Shown: piece by piece, positions 1-10,172 of the stretch
Layout of the letters: each line of letters opens with the position of its first letter
Position numbering within the stretch: the first letter of the stretch is position 1
The notes under the pieces: generated by a model
What the model was told of the DNA's origin: nothing
Seen by the model: the letters and a program-made list of their open reading frames with translations, nothing else
The model's database searches: none
Origin: Gemmatimonadaceae bacterium
GTDB lineage: Bacteria; Gemmatimonadota; Gemmatimonadetes; Gemmatimonadales; Gemmatimonadaceae
Length of the DNA stretch: 64,000 nucleotides
Reading direction: 5' to 3'
Assembly: GCA_035623475.1 (NCBI GenBank)
Contig: DASPTK010000089.1
Coordinates: forward strand, 19,279 to 83,278
Made by a program: the position numbers and the translations under genes

Positions 1-1
1 C

Positions 2-1189
2 CTGGAGCGCCATATCGGCGGATTCAACCCGGGGCTCTGGATCGCGCTCGACGGAGCGTTGGCGCTCCGGATGGTGGAGGGGAGCGCCGTCGATCTGACC
101 CGGGCGCTCGACGCCGCTGCGTCGGTGACGCGCGAGCTCACTCCGGCAGCGGTGGCAACGGCTCCACCGGCGGCGCGACCTCCGGCCGGGGCGGCGTCCT
201 CGGTCGTTCAGCCATCCGGCGGTCCGACCGGAGCGGCTCCGACTCAGACCGCATCGACAGCGGCAGAGCGCGCGCCGTCGACGTCGCAGGCGAAGCCCTC
301 CGCGGCGGCGGCGTCGGCGCCAGCTCCGGCGCCCGCAACGACTGTCGCCCAGGCGCCACCATCGGCAGCCGCACCCGCGCCGCCGGCGGCTCCTGCACCG
401 CCTCCGACAACGGTCGCCCAGGCACCGCCGCCCTCCACAGCGGCGACTCCGGCGCCGACGACGGTCGCTCAGGCCTCGCCGCCGCAACGCGCGGCTCCCA
501 CTCCCAGCGCTGCGCCGGCGGCGCCACCCGCGGCGGTGAAGGCGCCCCCGCCGACGACTGCGACGACCGCTGCGAGTGCGACGACCGCCACGACCGCGGC
601 CAAGGACACCGCACGCGCCTCCACCGCGCCGGCTCGCGCGGAGAGCACCAAGGTTGCCGCCACACCGACTCTGCCGCCCCCATCGGTGCATCCGCCGTCC
701 TCGGCCTCGTTAGGCCTGGCGTCGGCGCCACGGTCGGCCAGCGCCCCGCGCGTCGCGCCTCCGGCCACGCCGGCCATGCCAAAACCGAATCCCGCCGACA
801 CGATCGGCGCCGGCGTGGGGAGCCGTTCCGCAGCCCGCGCCGATCTCTCTGCGCCGAGCGCGGCCGACCTGCACATCACGACGCCGCTCGGGCCGTTCGT
901 GATTCCGGCGGCGCTGCTCACGGACCACGATGCCGAAGTCCGCTACTGCTACACGCAGCTCGGAGCTCGCTACGATCCGAAGCTCGCCGGGGACCTGACG
1001 GTCCGGCTCGAGCTGACCGAGGATGGCGATGTCAAGGACGCGGTGGTGACGAAGCGGACCTGGCAGGGGATTTCGGCCGGGGAGGTCGAGGCCTGCGTCC
1101 GGGCGCTGATGCGCGTGTGGAAGTACTCACCCGCGGAGGCCGCGTCGTCCAATGGCGTGAAAGAGGTCAACCTGCACTTCGCGCCCTGA
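2..1189 (+). CDS. Pro/Ala-rich protein with AgmX/PglI-type C-terminal domain (5' end may lie outside the window)
   Basis: The frame is open from nt 2. The ORF track starts at TTG 59 (ATG at 71). About 230 aa of P/A/T low complexity carries three TTVAQA(P/S)PP repeats. The globular C-terminus VRYCYTQLGARYDPKLAGDLTVRLELTEDGDV...ACVRALMRVWKYSP resembles the AgmX/PglI (TonB-C-like) domain. Confidence 0.6.
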   Translation: MERHIGGFNPGLWIALDGALALRMVEGSAVDLTRALDAAASVTRELTPAAVATAPPAARPPAGAASSVVQPSGGPTGAAPTQTASTAAERAPSTSQAKPSAAAASAPAPAPATTVAQAPPSAAAPAPPAAPAPPPTTVAQAPPPSTAATPAPTTVAQASPPQRAAPTPSAAPAAPPAAVKAPPPTTATTAASATTATTAAKDTARASTAPARAESTKVAATPTLPPPSVHPPSSASLGLASAPRSASAPRVAPPATPAMPKPNPADTIGAGVGSRSAARADLSAPSAADLHITTPLGPFVIPAALLTDHDAEVRYCYTQLGARYDPKLAGDLTVRLELTEDGDVKDAVVTKRTWQGISAGEVEACVRALMRVWKYSPAEAASSNGVKEVNLHFAP

Positions 1190-1214
1190 GACCTCGCACG
1201 CCCCACCGAGGCCG

Positions 1215-1424
1215 TCAGGCGCGCTGCGTCGGTACCTTGTGTCCGCGCGATATCACCCAGGCCGCGGACACCTCGACGCCGTTCATCATCCGGCCGATCA
1301 GTGATCCGTCCGGCGCCAGCACCAGCTCGAAGATTTCGCCGTCCAACTCCCAGAGGCCCTCTGCCCAGGAGAGGAAGGCATCCCTCGCGCCTCGATTTCG
1401 ACCGCCTTCGCCGACCAGCCGCAT
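1215..1424 (-). CDS. hypothetical small protein (69 aa)
   Basis: ATG at 1424 is preceded on the minus strand by GGGAGGAG at ~7 nt. The product (..WELDGEIFELVLAPDGSLIGRMMNGVEVSAAWVISRGHK) looks globular, while the + frame sharing the same third positions is low-complexity here. No family recognised. Confidence 0.45.
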   Translation of the reverse strand: MRLVGEGGRNRGARDAFLSWAEGLWELDGEIFELVLAPDGSLIGRMMNGVEVSAAWVISRGHKVPTQRA

Positions 1425-1578
1425 CGCGCTTCTCCTCCCGGCTTCTCGCGACCGGTGCCTTCGCACCGCTCTCTGGGAGGACGAGCGATCCCTCGGGATC
1501 GTCGCGCCGCAGAGACCGCGAAGGCATCTCGACGAAACTTCGGCCGGTAGCCGGCGTAAGGATGCGCGAGGAGGTCAC

Positions 1579-1866
1579 ATGCTTGGACTCATTGGCACGG
1601 GCATCACGGTCGCGGCCGTGATCTTGGGGTACGTGAGCGTTCGCAATTTCGTTCGAACGCGCCTGCGGTTCGTCGATGGCGTGCAACGCCGGTGGGTACC
1701 TTGGGCGACGGGCTTCGGAGCCGCCGTTGTCGCATCCCCCGTGGCGGCGGTGCTGCCGCTCATCGGTGTGGGCACCGCGCTGCTCTTCGGCGTGAGCGTC
1801 GGTGTCGGGGTCGCCCACGGAGCCCGCGACATCCGGCGCGATTCGGCCGGATTGCTGAACCCCTAA
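1579..1866 (+). CDS. small integral membrane protein (95 aa)
   Basis: ATG 1579 follows GAGGAGG (1568-1574) by 4 nt. Hydrophobic segments GLIGTGITVAAVILGYV and GFGAAVVASPVAAVLPLIGVGTALLFGVSVGVGV are present. The upstream part of the 249-aa ORF is low-complexity and probably not coding. Confidence 0.6.
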   Translation: MLGLIGTGITVAAVILGYVSVRNFVRTRLRFVDGVQRRWVPWATGFGAAVVASPVAAVLPLIGVGTALLFGVSVGVGVAHGARDIRRDSAGLLNP

Positions 1867-1890
1867 AATCTCTTCCCCGGAACGCTCGCC

Positions 1891-1919
1891 GTCCGCCGCA
1901 TTCCGAGAGCGGCGGACGC
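1891..1919. terminator. GC-rich hairpin between convergent genes
   Basis: Perfect 10-bp stem cgtccgccgc / gcggcggacg with a 9-nt loop, 25 nt after the stop of the 1579..1866 gene. There is no U-tract, so this is a hairpin only. Confidence 0.35.
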
Positions 1920-2059
1920 GCTTGCGCACGCCGGTTGCACGGCCCGAGATCGCGGCGCCCGGCCGGAACCGGCCGGACGCCGCATCGTCTCCATCCCTGA
2001 CAACCTGCGAGCTCAGATCTGGTGACGTCCAGCTAGTGCGGGCGCGACAGTGCGCGTCG

Positions 2060-3205
2060 TCAGGCGGTGACTGCCGGCCGCTCCCGGAAGGTGAACGCCG
2101 AGAGATCGCGGCGGCTCCGGCCATCCAGCACGATCTCTCCGATCGCCTCCCCGACAGCGCTGGCGAACTTGAAGCCGTGTCCCGAGCAGGGGCTCGCGAT
2201 GAGCACCTCCGGCAGACCCGGGTGATGGTCGATCAGGAAGTGTTGGTCCGGCGTGTTCGTGTACAGGCAGGTGGTGCGATCCAGCAGCGGACCGGCGGCG
2301 TCGGGGAGGAAGCGGGCGAGGAGGTCACGGACCATCTCGGTCTCCTCGGGCGTGGGTGGCTGACGGGGGCCATCGGGGTCGACGATCAACCCCTCGTGGT
2401 GCACGGCGATCTTCACCCCGTGCCCGACGTCCGGAATCGTGTAGAACAACCTCCCTGGCTCGAACTCCCAGATCGCCACCGGAGCGTGATCGGCGTCGAA
2501 GCGCTCGGCGTGCCGCGCCGGGGCGAACCAGTGTGCGAGCTGGCGCTCGACATGGAGGGGGAGGGGGAGGTCGCGCACGAGTGACGGGAGCCACGGCCCG
2601 GCGGCGATGATCGCGCGCTTGGCGATCACCGTGCCGGTCGCGGTCACCACCGACACCGCGCCCCCCTGCGCATCGATGCTCTCGACGCGGGTCCGGGTGC
2701 GGATCTCGGCCCCGAGGCGGCGGGCGACGGCGAGGGCGTTCTCCACGCAGCGTTCGGGGAAGAGGATGCCGGCGCGCGGCTCGGTGAGCGCCACCATGTG
2801 ATCGGGGATGGCGAACCCGGGGACGCGACTCCGCGCCTGAGGAGCGTCGAGCACCTCGTGGGGAAGCCCATGCCTTTCCGCACTCTCCCGGGCGCCCCGA
2901 ACGAGCACGCCTCCAGCGGGGCCGACCATCCACCCGCCCGTCCGGCGGTGGAGCACCGACCCCGTCGCCGACTCGAGCTCCGCCCACAGGTCGTAGGCGC
3001 GCTGCACCAGCGGCACGTACGAGGGATGTTCGAAGTATGCCTCACGAATGATCCGCGTACGGCCGTGCGTCGACCCGAGGGTGTGGGGAGGCGCCTCGCG
3101 ATCGAAGCCGACGACGCGCGCACCGCGCCGCGCGAGCTGCCAGAGGGCGCAGCTTCCGACGGCCCCCAGCCCGACCACGGCGACGTCGTAGGGGCGGCCG
3201 GTCAC
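2060..3205 (-). CDS. FAD-dependent oxidoreductase, monomeric sarcosine oxidase / N-methyltryptophan oxidase (MSOX/SolA)-like
   Basis: GTG 3205 gives the N-terminus [28 protein letters not shown] (GxGxxG dinucleotide fold). The C-terminal [10 protein letters not shown] matches the MSOX covalent-flavin Cys motif. The start overlaps the aceK stop (GTGA at 3202-3205). The longer 469-aa ORF start lies inside aceK. Confidence 0.8.
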   Translation of the reverse strand: MTGRPYDVAVVGLGAVGSCALWQLARRGARVVGFDREAPPHTLGSTHGRTRIIREAYFEHPSYVPLVQRAYDLWAELESATGSVLHRRTGGWMVGPAGGVLVRGARESAERHGLPHEVLDAPQARSRVPGFAIPDHMVALTEPRAGILFPERCVENALAVARRLGAEIRTRTRVESIDAQGGAVSVVTATGTVIAKRAIIAAGPWLPSLVRDLPLPLHVERQLAHWFAPARHAERFDADHAPVAIWEFEPGRLFYTIPDVGHGVKIAVHHEGLIVDPDGPRQPPTPEETEMVRDLLARFLPDAAGPLLDRTTCLYTNTPDQHFLIDHHPGLPEVLIASPCSGHGFKFASAVGEAIGEIVLDGRSRRDLSAFTFRERPAVTA

Positions 3206-4947
3206 GCGACGCTCAGCCGGCGGCTGCTCCGATACGGGAAGACATCGCAGAGCTCGCCGCTCTGAATCCGCCGCTGCGTCCCGCTCCAAAAGTCCACCGT
3301 GAGCAGGTCCGCGTGATGTGCGAGGAAGACCTCGCGCAGCTCCCCCGCGGGGACGAGGAAGGCGCCGAACTCCTCCGGGAAGACATCCATCTCTCCGACA
3401 TGATACCAGGGCTCGCTCGCCATCTCGTCCTCGGGGGTGCGCGGTTGGGGGATCGCGCGGAAATTGCAATCGGTGAGGAGACAGAGCTCGTCGTAGTCGT
3501 AGCAGATCACGCGTCCATGACGGCTCACCCCGAAGTTCTTGAGCAGCATGTCTCCGGTGAAGATGTTCGCCGCCGCCAGGTCCTTGATCGCGAGCCCGTA
3601 GTCGATGATCGCGTCGGCGGCCGCCCGCGGGTCGGCGTCGCGCAAGTAGACGTTGAGCGGGGTCACCTGCCGCTCGGTATACAGGTGGCGCAGCACGACC
3701 CTGTCGTCGCTCACCTGTACGGCCGTTCCAGCCACCTCCCGGAGGTAGTGCAGCAGTTTCTCGGAGAAGCGGGCGCGGTCGAACTCCAGATGCTCGAACT
3801 CCTGCGCGTCGGCCAGGCGCCCGACGCGGTCTCGCACGAAGACGAAGCGATACTTGTCCATCACGCCCTGACGCGTGATGCGCTTCGGCGCGCCGAAGGA
3901 GTCCTTGATCACCTTGAAGACCACCTGCATGGCGGGGAAGGCGAAGACGGCCATCACCAGCCCCTGATCGCCGGCCGTGAAGTCGAACGCCGCAGGGGTG
4001 CGGTCCATCCGCGCCTTGAGGGCCTGGTACAGTTCCGTCTTGCCATGCTTGTTGTAGCCGATCGCCGTGTACAGCTCATCGATGCGCTTGAGCGGCATGA
4101 TCGACGCCAGGAAGGCCACGAGGGCGCGCGGATGCGAGATGTCGACCTGGAAGTACGACCAGCTGAAGCCGAAGACGATGCTCGCCTCATCCGAGGTCGT
4201 GAGCACGGCGTCGACCATGATCCCGCTCTCCCCGTTGAGAAGCGGCAGGAGGAGAGGGAGCATCTCTCTCCCTCTTCGGATGCGACCCACGAGGTAGGCG
4301 CCCTTGTTCCGGAAGAAGACCGGCTTCAACATCTCGATCGCATCGTACGTGGCATCGCCCCAGGCGGCGGCCACTCCTTGCTCGATCCGCGTCGCGGCCG
4401 CCGATGCGTCAGCGTCGATGTCCCGATACGCGACGCGCCACCGCACGTCGCTCAACATCTGCCGAACGAGCGCGGTCGTCCCGGCGCTCGGGGGGTAGCG
4501 CCGCCAGATCCCGGGATCCTCCTCGGCGCTGGCCGGCTCGGAGGGCGGGTGCACGTATTCTACCCGCTCGTTCACCCCAACCGTGCTGAAGATTCGGCGA
4601 GCGACCGAATTGTAGAAGGTTTCCGCCAACTCCCAGTCATCACGCTCGACGATCAGGGCGGCATGGAGCCAGCGGATCGCCTCCCAGGTGGGGACGTCCG
4701 TCGCGTCGTTGCCGAGGAGGGAGCCGACCTCCTCGAGGGCGTGATTCACGTGATCGCGATAGAGCGCGAGCCGCTCGGTGGCGTCCGCTTGCGCCGCCGA
4801 CCAGTCGCGCATCTCGAAGCGACGGCGGGCGCGCCGCGTGAGCGCGGTGAACTGCGCCTGGTAGCGGCCGAAGGCGTCGTGAAGCGCCGTCGCGACGCGC
4901 GCTTCGCGACCGTTGAGTCTCGCGTGGTCGTGCGCCAGATTCAGCAT
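3202..4947 (-). CDS. aceK: isocitrate dehydrogenase kinase/phosphatase
   Basis: 581 aa, AceK-like over its full length: N-terminal ..[30 protein letters not shown] and C-terminal [64 protein letters not shown]. Confidence 0.9.
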   Translation of the reverse strand: MLNLAHDHARLNGREARVATALHDAFGRYQAQFTALTRRARRRFEMRDWSAAQADATERLALYRDHVNHALEEVGSLLGNDATDVPTWEAIRWLHAALIVERDDWELAETFYNSVARRIFSTVGVNERVEYVHPPSEPASAEEDPGIWRRYPPSAGTTALVRQMLSDVRWRVAYRDIDADASAAATRIEQGVAAAWGDATYDAIEMLKPVFFRNKGAYLVGRIRRGREMLPLLLPLLNGESGIMVDAVLTTSDEASIVFGFSWSYFQVDISHPRALVAFLASIMPLKRIDELYTAIGYNKHGKTELYQALKARMDRTPAAFDFTAGDQGLVMAVFAFPAMQVVFKVIKDSFGAPKRITRQGVMDKYRFVFVRDRVGRLADAQEFEHLEFDRARFSEKLLHYLREVAGTAVQVSDDRVVLRHLYTERQVTPLNVYLRDADPRAAADAIIDYGLAIKDLAAANIFTGDMLLKNFGVSRHGRVICYDYDELCLLTDCNFRAIPQPRTPEDEMASEPWYHVGEMDVFPEEFGAFLVPAGELREVFLAHHADLLTVDFWSGTQRRIQSGELCDVFPYRSSRRLSVA

Positions 4948-4986
4948 TCAGCACCAAATACTACTTCGTCCCTGTCGAGCCGACCA

Positions 4987-6243
4987 ATGCCTGTCACTGC
5001 CACATCCGGCGCTGCGCCGATCGCGCGTCCCGCCGAAGGCGAGCGCATCACCATGGAAAATGGCGCGCTGCGCGTTCCTGACCGACCCGTCATTCCCTAC
5101 ATCGAGGGCGACGGAACCGGGCCCGACATCTGGCGCGCGGCCCAGTTGACCTTCGACGGCGCCGTGCGGAAGGCCTACGGTGGGAAGCGGCGGCTCGTCT
5201 GGCTCGAGGTGCTCGCAGGCGAAAAGGCGAAGAACGCCCTCGACAATTGGCTTCCCGACGAGACGCTGGCGTCGATCGACCACTACCTGGTCGCCATCAA
5301 GGGGCCGCTCACCACGCCCGTGGGGGGTGGCTTTCGCTCTCTCAACGTCGCACTGCGCCAGAAGCTCGATCTTTACGCGTGCGTGAGGCCCGTGCGGTGG
5401 TTCACCGGCGTCCCGTCGCCGGTCAAGGCGCCGCAGGATGTGAACATGGTGATCTTCCGCGAAAACACGGAGGACATCTACGCCGGCATCGAGTGGAAGG
5501 CGGGAACGCCGGAGGTGAAGCGGGTGATCGACTTCCTGCAGCGCGACATGGGCGTGCAGACGATTCGCTTCCCGGCGACCAGCGCGATCGGCATCAAGCC
5601 GGTGTCGGAGGAAGGGAGCAAGCGGCTCATCCGAGCGGCGATCGATTACGCGATCGCGCAGCGTCGCGCGAGCGTCACGCTCGTGCACAAAGGGAACATC
5701 ATGAAGTTCACCGAAGGCGGCTTCCGCGACTGGGGATACGAGCTCGCGCGCCAGGAGTACGGCGGCACCGAGCTCGATGGCGGTCCCTGGCTGAAGCTTC
5801 CGAGCGGGATCGTGATCAAGGACGTCATCGCCGATGCCTTTCTCCAGCAGATCCTCACCCGGCCGCGGGAATACGAAGTGATCGCCACGATGAACCTGAA
5901 TGGGGACTACATCTCCGATGCCCTGGCGGCGCAGGTGGGCGGGATCGGGATCGCGCCGGGGGCCAACATCAACTACCAGACCGGGCATGCGATCTTCGAG
6001 GCGACGCATGGCACGGCGCCGAAGTACGCCGGGCAGGACAAGGTGAATCCGGGCTCGGTGATCCTGAGCGGCGAGATGATGCTCCGGCATCTCGGCTGGA
6101 ACGAGGCTGCCGATCTCATCGTCGCCGGACTCGAGAAGACGATCGCGCAGAAGCGCGTCACCTACGACTTCGAGCGGCTCATGGAGGGAGCGACCCTCCT
6201 CAAGACGAGCGAGTTCGGCCGCGCGATCGTCGACTCGATGTAG
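4987..6243 (+). CDS. icd: NADP-dependent isocitrate dehydrogenase (homodimeric, E. coli Icd type)
   Basis: ATG 4987, in frame with the 976-aa ORF. Motifs [36 protein letters not shown] (the AceK-target Ser context is conserved) and [22 protein letters not shown]. Confidence 0.93.
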   Translation: MPVTATSGAAPIARPAEGERITMENGALRVPDRPVIPYIEGDGTGPDIWRAAQLTFDGAVRKAYGGKRRLVWLEVLAGEKAKNALDNWLPDETLASIDHYLVAIKGPLTTPVGGGFRSLNVALRQKLDLYACVRPVRWFTGVPSPVKAPQDVNMVIFRENTEDIYAGIEWKAGTPEVKRVIDFLQRDMGVQTIRFPATSAIGIKPVSEEGSKRLIRAAIDYAIAQRRASVTLVHKGNIMKFTEGGFRDWGYELARQEYGGTELDGGPWLKLPSGIVIKDVIADAFLQQILTRPREYEVIATMNLNGDYISDALAAQVGGIGIAPGANINYQTGHAIFEATHGTAPKYAGQDKVNPGSVILSGEMMLRHLGWNEAADLIVAGLEKTIAQKRVTYDFERLMEGATLLKTSEFGRAIVDSM

Positions 6244-6290
6244 GCTCGGCGGCGTCCGTCGAGGGCGGGGCCGCGCGGCGCTGTCCGCTC

Positions 6291-7283
6291 TCACTCCCGG
6301 CGCCCGCCGATCTCGACTTCGATACCGCGCTTCTCTGACCGAGCGCGATCATAGATGAGCCGCGCGGCGGCCACGTCCTCGACCGCCAAGCCGAGCGACT
6401 TGAAGAGCGTGATCTCTTCGGGCGCCTGACGACCAAGAATCCGGCCGAGAAGCACCTCGCCGATCTCGCCGACGACGTGCCGGTCGTCGATTCGCCCCTC
6501 CGAGCGCGGGATGAGGAATTCCCCCGCCTCCACCATCGCCGCCGCCCGAGAGTCGACGTAGAGGCGCGCGCGGGCCACCGCGTCGCTGTCGAGCTCGCGC
6601 GTTTCCGGACGGCTCGCGCCCACGGCGTTGATGTGGGCTCCCGGTGCGATCCAGGCGCCGGAGAGCACCGGCGCCGGTGAGGACGTCACGGTGCAGATGA
6701 CGTCGGCGCCCTCGACCGCCTCTCTCGCCGTCGCGCACGGCTCGACCGGGACGGGAGACACGGCGGCCGCGGCGAATTGGCGAGCCCCTTCCGCGCTCCT
6801 GCTCCAGACGCGCACGCGGCGGAGCGACAGGACGGCGGCCATGGCGGCGATGTGCGTGCGCGCCTGAACGCCGGCACCGAGGACGGCGAGATCGCCGGCC
6901 CCCCGACGCGCCAGGGCGCGCGTCGCGACCCCCGACACCGCAGCGGTGCGGATGGCGGTGATCGATGTCGCGTCGAGGATGCAGAGGAGCCGGCCATCGG
7001 TCGTGTCGAAGAGGAGCGTCGCACCCTGGTGACTGTCGAGCGGCGTCCCATGATTCCCCAACATGACCGTGAGCACCTTGATGCCTAACGCGGGAAGGGA
7101 GTCGAGGTAGGCCGGCATCGCGCCGAAGAAACGCTGGCCGCCGGGGAGTCGGAGCACGGTGCGCACCGGGAGCAGTGCCTCCCCCGCGGACACCGCGGTG
7201 AGGGCGCCGACCATCGCCTCGATGCACGCCGGCATGGTGAGGAGGGACCTGACCTCGTTCTGATCGACGATGAGAACCGGCAT
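6291..7283 (-). CDS. ornithine cyclodeaminase / mu-crystallin family protein
   Basis: Internal ATG 7283 gives MPVLIVDQNEVRSLLTMPACIEAM.., typical of the family. Rossmann segment LAVLGAGVQARTHIAAMAAV. Confidence 0.8.
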   Translation of the reverse strand: MPVLIVDQNEVRSLLTMPACIEAMVGALTAVSAGEALLPVRTVLRLPGGQRFFGAMPAYLDSLPALGIKVLTVMLGNHGTPLDSHQGATLLFDTTDGRLLCILDATSITAIRTAAVSGVATRALARRGAGDLAVLGAGVQARTHIAAMAAVLSLRRVRVWSRSAEGARQFAAAAVSPVPVEPCATAREAVEGADVICTVTSSPAPVLSGAWIAPGAHINAVGASRPETRELDSDAVARARLYVDSRAAAMVEAGEFLIPRSEGRIDDRHVVGEIGEVLLGRILGRQAPEEITLFKSLGLAVEDVAAARLIYDRARSEKRGIEVEIGGRRE

Positions 7284-7445
7284 CGGCTGGCCTCTAGGGT
7301 GGGACGACACGGTGACGCCCATGCATGGGCGACGGCCCTCGGCGAGCCGGCCTGAGCTTCGGCACAGCCACCGCCGGCGCACCCTTCCCAACTCGCCGGC
7401 GAAGCGCCACCCTACCGCCCAGGCCGCTCACGGGAACACCCCCGA

Positions 7446-8537
7446 ATGCCGCTCGCTCCGAGCTTTGTCAATCTGATCGACGTCGAGGCGCTTGCTCGCG
7501 ACCGGCTCCCGCCGGCCGTGTACGACTACTTCGCCGGGGGCGCCAACGACGAGATCACTGTCGCGCAGAACCGGCGGGGCTACGAGGAGTTGGCGCTCCG
7601 GCCGCGTGTGCTAGTGGATGTCTCCCGGTGCGACACGCGTGTGAGACTTCTCGGGAGCGAACAACCCACACCTTTCGTCGTCGCGCCAATGGCCCTCCAG
7701 CGGATGGCGCACCTCGAGGGCGAGGGAGCGACCGCGCGGGCGGCGGCGGCGATCGGTGCCGGTATGGCGATCAGCACGCTCGCGTCGATGAGCGTCGAGG
7801 AGATCTGTCGCGCGGCGGCCCGTCCCCCCTGGTTCCAGCTCTACATACACCGCGACCGCGGGATTACGCGGGCGCTCGTCGAGCGGGCGGCGGCTGCCGG
7901 CTGCGGCGCCCTCCTCCTCACTGTCGACACGCCCGTGCTCGGACGTCGCGAGCGCGATGTGCGGAACGCCTTCCTGCCGCCGGCCACGGCGACCATCGCC
8001 AACATCGTTTCGTCGGCGCAGTCGGCCACGATCGCCGCGGCGGCCGAAGGCTCGGCGCTCGCCGCGCACTTCGCCGGGATGCACGATCCTTCGGTCACCT
8101 GGCGCGACCTCGAGTGGCTGCAATCGATCAGCGCGCTCCCACTCGTGCTCAAGGGGGTCGTTCGCGCCGACGATGCGCGCCGCGCCGTGGGGCATGGCGC
8201 GAAGGGGATCGTCGTCTCGAACCACGGCGGCCGACAGCTCGACTCGACGATCGCCACCGTGCGCGCGCTTCCCGAGGTGGCGGAGGCGGTGGCGGGAGCC
8301 GCGGATGTCCTCGTCGACGGCGGTGTGCGACGCGGTACCGATGTGGTGAAGGCGCTCGCCCTCGGCGCGAAAGGAGTCCTGATCGGCCGGCCGGTGCTCT
8401 GGGGTCTCGCCGTCGACGGCGAGGCAGGAGCCGTCCGCGTCCTCACGTTGCTCAAGGAGGAGCTCGAGTTGGCGATGGCGCTGTGCGGGTGCGCCGCCAT
8501 CTCCGATGTGACTCGTGATCTGGTGGCCGGGCCGTGA
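7446..8537 (+). CDS. lldD: FMN-dependent alpha-hydroxy acid dehydrogenase/oxidase (L-lactate/glycolate oxidase family)
   Basis: 363 aa with the family signature VSNHGGRQLD and FMN-binding ..VLVDGGVRRGTDVVKALALGA. Substrate (lactate versus glycolate) cannot be told from sequence. Confidence 0.85.
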   Translation: MPLAPSFVNLIDVEALARDRLPPAVYDYFAGGANDEITVAQNRRGYEELALRPRVLVDVSRCDTRVRLLGSEQPTPFVVAPMALQRMAHLEGEGATARAAAAIGAGMAISTLASMSVEEICRAAARPPWFQLYIHRDRGITRALVERAAAAGCGALLLTVDTPVLGRRERDVRNAFLPPATATIANIVSSAQSATIAAAAEGSALAAHFAGMHDPSVTWRDLEWLQSISALPLVLKGVVRADDARRAVGHGAKGIVVSNHGGRQLDSTIATVRALPEVAEAVAGAADVLVDGGVRRGTDVVKALALGAKGVLIGRPVLWGLAVDGEAGAVRVLTLLKEELELAMALCGCAAISDVTRDLVAGP

Positions 8538-10153
8538 ACCCCGCGTGGGCGCAGCAGTACGACCCGCTGCACAGTGTGGTCCTCTCCACGGTGGTGGCGG
8601 CGCTCCCCATCGTGGTGCTTCTCGGATCGCTGGCGGGGCTGCGCTGGCGCGCCCACAACGCGGCGCTCCTCGGCCTGGGCGTCGCGCTGGCCGTCTCCAT
8701 CGGCGCGCTGGGGATGCCGTTTGGGCTTGCAGCTCGGGCCGCGCTCTACGGCGTGGGCTACGGGCTCTTTCCGATCGGCTGGATAATTCTGAACGTCATC
8801 TTCCTCTACCAACTCACTTCCGAGCAGGGGCTCTTCCAGGTTCTTCAGCGCAGCTTGGGGCGTGTGACGAGCGACAGACGGCTCCAGCTCGTCCTCGTGG
8901 CCTTCTGCTTCGGTGCTTTCTTCGAGGGAGCGGCAGGCTTCGGAACCCCGGTTGCCGTCACCGGCGCGCTCCTCATCGGCCTCGGCTTCACGCCGCTCGA
9001 GGCGTCAGGGCTCTCGCTCATCGCCAACACGGCGCCTGTCGCCTACGGGGCGCTCGGGACGCCGATCATCGCCCTCCAGGGGGTGACGGGGATCGACCTC
9101 GGCGCGCTCAGCGCGATGATCGGCCGACAGCTCCCTGTCTTCTCCCTCGTCGTGCCGATCTGGGTCGTTGTTGCCTACGCCGGCGTGCGCGGTGCGCTCG
9201 CCGTACTCCCGGCGCTGATCGTCGCCGGAGTCTCCTTTGCCGTGCCGCAATTCCTCGTCTCGAACTTCCACGGGCCGTGGCTGGTGGACGTCGTGGCGGC
9301 GACCGTGTCGATGGCCTGCGTCGGTCTGCTCCTCCGCGTCTGGCACCCGCGCGACGCGGTCGACGCACCGCGGACGGAGACGGATCCGCCGCGACTCATC
9401 GTGCGGGCCTGGATGCCCTGGGTCATCCTCAGCGTGGTCGTCTTCCTCTGGGGGCTTCCGCAGGTCAAGGCCTCTCTCGACGCGATCTCGAGGCCCAGCC
9501 TGCCGATTCCCGGCCTCGATGGTCTCGTGCTTCGCGTGCCTCCGGTGGTGGCGAAGCCGAAGGCCGAGGCGGCGGTGTTGGCGCTCAACTGGCTCTCGGC
9601 GACCGGTACCGGGATACTCATCGCCGCGGTGATCGCGGGGTTGGCCATGGGCTGCTCGCTGCGCCAGATGGCGCGGTGCTACGGCCGCACGCTCCGCCTG
9701 GTGCGCTTCTCGCTCCTCACGATCGCGGCGATGATGGCGATCGGGTTTGTCACTCGTTATGCGGGAATCGATGCCATCCTCGGGCTGGCATTTTCACACG
9801 CGGGAGCGTTCTACCCGATCTTCGGCACGCTCCTCGGCTGGCTCGGCGTCGCCCTCACGGGGTCGGACACATCCTCCAACGTCCTCTTCGGAAGCCTTCA
9901 GACGATCACCGCCTCGCAACTCGGGCTCAGCCCGACCCTGATGGCGGCGGCCAACAGCTCGGGCGGCGTCATGGGGAAGATGATCGACGCCCAGAGCATC
10001 GTTGTCGCCTGCACGGTGACCCGATGGTTCGGTCACGAGTGGGAAATCCTGCGGTACGTCTTCTTCCACAGCCTTGCCTTGGCGTCGCTCGTCGGCGTGC
10101 TCGTGTGGCTGCAAGCGGCGATTCCGCCGTTTACGGCGATGGTCGTGCGTTAG
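8534..10153 (+). CDS. lldP: L-lactate/glycolate permease (LctP family)
   Basis: 539 aa polytopic membrane protein with LctP-like segments FCFGAFFEGAAGFGTPVAVT and GVALTGSDTSSNVLFGSLQ. The GTG start overlaps the lldD stop (GTGA). Confidence 0.85.
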   Translation: MNPAWAQQYDPLHSVVLSTVVAALPIVVLLGSLAGLRWRAHNAALLGLGVALAVSIGALGMPFGLAARAALYGVGYGLFPIGWIILNVIFLYQLTSEQGLFQVLQRSLGRVTSDRRLQLVLVAFCFGAFFEGAAGFGTPVAVTGALLIGLGFTPLEASGLSLIANTAPVAYGALGTPIIALQGVTGIDLGALSAMIGRQLPVFSLVVPIWVVVAYAGVRGALAVLPALIVAGVSFAVPQFLVSNFHGPWLVDVVAATVSMACVGLLLRVWHPRDAVDAPRTETDPPRLIVRAWMPWVILSVVVFLWGLPQVKASLDAISRPSLPIPGLDGLVLRVPPVVAKPKAEAAVLALNWLSATGTGILIAAVIAGLAMGCSLRQMARCYGRTLRLVRFSLLTIAAMMAIGFVTRYAGIDAILGLAFSHAGAFYPIFGTLLGWLGVALTGSDTSSNVLFGSLQTITASQLGLSPTLMAAANSSGGVMGKMIDAQSIVVACTVTRWFGHEWEILRYVFFHSLALASLVGVLVWLQAAIPPFTAMVVR

Positions 10154-10172
10154 GCGGCGGGCGCCGCGCTGG

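Noticed and set aside
970-2124. A 384-aa minus-strand ORF, plus other overlapping ORFs at 138-928
   Set aside because: These are Arg/Gly/Ser-rich low-complexity translations that overlap better-supported genes on the other strand or in other frames. They are typical shadow ORFs of GC-rich DNA.
3313-4986. The first 558 codons of the 976-aa + strand ORF that ends as icd
   Set aside because: This part lies exactly antisense to aceK. It translates to Arg/Gly/Asp/His-rich sequence with no family resemblance. The recognisable Icd sequence begins at ATG 4987. It is a high-GC antisense artefact.
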